The notes under the pieces were generated by a model. The model saw nothing but the letters and a program-made list of their open reading frames with translations, was not told where the DNA came from and searched no databases. From Leptolyngbyaceae cyanobacterium (GTDB lineage Bacteria; Cyanobacteriota; Cyanobacteriia; Phormidesmidales; Phormidesmidaceae), in assembly GCA_965263355.1 (NCBI GenBank), contig CBDHHL010000056.1, forward strand, positions 1,088,001 to 1,152,000: a stretch of DNA of 64,000 nt, given 5' to 3'. Of the stretch, positions 61,875 to 64,000 are shown piece by piece (positions within the stretch are counted from its first letter, which is position 1; each line of letters opens with the position of its first letter). The translations under genes were made by a program, and so were the position numbers.

Positions 61875-64000
61875 ATGGCTCAGTCATCTGCAGATAGTAC
61901 GTTGGCCCGTTTGTCACAGGGCACTATGCCTGGTCGGCTTAAGGCTCAGGTTCAGCATTTATCTAAACCCAGATTTATTGAGCTTCTGGAGTTGATTATC
62001 CAAGAATTTGAGTACTTTCTCAAAGCGATCAACCTGATTAATAATCAATCCTTAGAAACGCTGCTAGAAGAGCTGTTGGAGGCGTTTACCTTAAAAATCG
62101 GCCAGATTCTTGAGGCGGATCGCACTACTATCTTCATTGTTGATCATGGGAATCAAGAACTTTGGTCAAAAATAGCCCAGGGAGAAGGGGAAAAGGCCGT
62201 CGAGATTAGAATACCGATGAACAGAGGTATTGCTGGCTATGTGGCTGAGACCAAGAAAACCCTTAATATTCCAAATGCCTACGCTGATCCAAGGTTTAAT
62301 AAGGCAACCGATGAGGAAACGGGGTATCGCACTAACAATATTTTGTGCATGCCTATTTTTAGCAACGACGTTAATGTGGTCGCGGTTGTCCAGCTGTTAA
62401 ATAAAATTGGCGGCAATCAGTTTACCCTCCAAGATGAAAAAGAATTTGAATCCTTTGCTCGCTCCATCGGCATACTCCTGGAGAGCTGTAATTCGTTTTA
62501 CACGGCGGCACGCACCCAAAAAGGGCTGAATGCCTTGTTAAATGCGATTTCTTCCTTGGAACAGAGTTTAGACCTAGAGGTGACGCTACAGTCGGTAATG
62601 GCCGAGGCCCGCAAGCTGATGCAGGCTGATCGCAGTACCTTGTGGCTGATGGAAATGGATAGCAATCAGCTATGGTCTAAGGTGCAAAGTGCAGATGGCA
62701 CAAAGCTTGTAGAACTGCGCCAGGCCAATGATAAAGATAGTATTGTGGGCTATGTGGCCTCCACGGGGGAGACTCTGAATATTCCCGATGCCTACAGAGA
62801 TAGCCGCTTTGATAGTTCGGCTGATGATCGTACGGGCTATCGTACCCACAGTATTTTATGTATGCCGGTGTTTGACTCAGCAGGCAAGATCATGGGGGTG
62901 ACCCAGCTGATTAATAAAAACCAAGGGTCCTTCACTCGTTCAGATGAGTCCTTTATGCGGGCGTTTAATACTCAGGCCGGTATTGCCTTAGAAAATGCTC
63001 AGCTTTATGAAAATGTGTTGCTGGAAAAGCAATATCAAAAGGATATTCTTCAAAGTCTTTCAGATGCAGTGATCTCCACCGATATGGGGGGGCGCATTGT
63101 CACCATTAATGAAGCGGCTTTGAGCCTATTGGGTTGCCCGACCGAAGTCCCAACGATAAATCCGGAGGTTTCCCTGGAGGCGCTACAGCAAACTTGGGAA
63201 GAGAGGCTAACGGGTCGTTTGATTTGGGAAGTGGTGCCGATTGAAAATTTGCGATCGCGCCTAGCCGACAGTTTAGAATTTGGCACCGAGCAGTACGTCC
63301 CAGAACAAACACTCCAGGTAGCCGTGGCAGCCATTGACGGACAACAGGCATTGCTAGTGCCCGCAGAAATCCGTAGCAAACCCTCCACATTTATGCCCCA
63401 GGAAAATACGGAGGTTGATCAAACCTATTATCTTTGGGGCCATAAAGCCAGAGCCATTAATGCCCCCAAGAATTTGCAACAGTTAGCGCACAGCATCAAT
63501 TTAACCGTAAATCCCTTAACGAATCCGGGTGGGGGTGTCCGAGGTGGTCTGGTCGTTCTAGAAGACATCAGCCAGGAAAAGCGGATGAAGACCACACTCT
63601 ATCGCTACATGACTCCCAGTGTGGCAGAGCAGGTCATGGCCCTTGGGGAAGATTCTTTGATGGTGGGCCAACGTCGGGATGTGACTGTACTATTTTCCGA
63701 TATTCGTGGCTACACTACCCTGACTGAAAGTCTGGAAGCCTCCCAGGTGGTATCCATGCTCAATGAGTACTTTGAGACCATGGTGGAAGCTGTCTTTAAC
63801 CACCAGGGCACCTTAGATAAGTTTATTGGCGATGCCCTGATGGCCGTCTTTGGGGCACCGTTGCCCTTGGAAAACCATGGCTGGTCAGCGGTAGAATCGG
63901 CCTTAGATATGCGGGAACGACTGATTCACTTTAACCGCTCCCGGCAGGCTAACAATCAGCCAAAAATCAATATTGGCATTGGTCTAAGTTCTGGGGAAGT
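61875..64000 (+). CDS. GAF-GAF-PAS class III adenylate cyclase (CyaB-type), truncated by the window edge and absent from the ORF track
   Basis: ATG at 61875 (MAQSSADSTLARL...); two GAFs with NK...F...DE motifs; PAS; LFSDIRGYT and DKFIGDALMAVFGAP cyclase motifs. Confidence 0.92.
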   Translation, partial: MAQSSADSTLARLSQGTMPGRLKAQVQHLSKPRFIELLELIIQEFEYFLKAINLINNQSLETLLEELLEAFTLKIGQILEADRTTIFIVDHGNQELWSKIAQGEGEKAVEIRIPMNRGIAGYVAETKKTLNIPNAYADPRFNKATDEETGYRTNNILCMPIFSNDVNVVAVVQLLNKIGGNQFTLQDEKEFESFARSIGILLESCNSFYTAARTQKGLNALLNAISSLEQSLDLEVTLQSVMAEARKLMQADRSTLWLMEMDSNQLWSKVQSADGTKLVELRQANDKDSIVGYVASTGETLNIPDAYRDSRFDSSADDRTGYRTHSILCMPVFDSAGKIMGVTQLINKNQGSFTRSDESFMRAFNTQAGIALENAQLYENVLLEKQYQKDILQSLSDAVISTDMGGRIVTINEAALSLLGCPTEVPTINPEVSLEALQQTWEERLTGRLIWEVVPIENLRSRLADSLEFGTEQYVPEQTLQVAVAAIDGQQALLVPAEIRSKPSTFMPQENTEVDQTYYLWGHKARAINAPKNLQQLAHSINLTVNPLTNPGGGVRGGLVVLEDISQEKRMKTTLYRYMTPSVAEQVMALGEDSLMVGQRRDVTVLFSDIRGYTTLTESLEASQVVSMLNEYFETMVEAVFNHQGTLDKFIGDALMAVFGAPLPLENHGWSAVESALDMRERLIHFNRSRQANNQPKINIGIGLSSGE

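Noticed and set aside
63050..63390. Two minus-strand ORFs near the right end
   Set aside because: Antisense to the adenylate cyclase CDS that the ORF track missed because it has no stop in the window
1..64000. tRNA, rRNA, IS transposase, integrase or prophage
   Set aside because: None recognisable by eye; not excluded without tRNAscan, Infernal or ISfinder searches

Overview
Chromosomal window from a filamentous cyanobacterium (Leptolyngbya-like by gene content; many HIP1 GCGATCGC sites and GTAG-type REP-like palindromes). Housekeeping genes (metF, trpS, queD-queE-queC, trmFO, alaS, lysS, a Ca2+-type P-ATPase, a CyaB-type adenylate cyclase running off the right end) alternate with signalling and accessory loci. 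The best candidate for an undescribed system is 1-8.5 kb. Its leftward arm carries a 55-aa ORF, a PPC/C2-like protein and an AetD-like heme-oxygenase-like diiron enzyme. Its rightward arm carries a ferritin-like diiron enzyme, a translationally coupled HTH-AAA_35 plus AAA_35-CHASE2 pair, and DUF928. A 23-bp motif occurs in two of its upstream regions. Other notable loci: an FHA/CHAT pair; a mosaic tandem duplication of a Ser/Thr-kinase/ATPase/GAF/His-kinase gene; a five-GAF cyanobacteriochrome-like kinase lacking the canonical bilin Cys in every GAF; and an NB-ARC/TPR (NLR-like) gene with eleven near-identical 126-bp repeats, preceded by a small protein with an amyloid-like tail. Several frameshifts lie in homopolymers or repeats and may be sequencing errors. 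All family calls are by-eye motif recognition; no database search was run.
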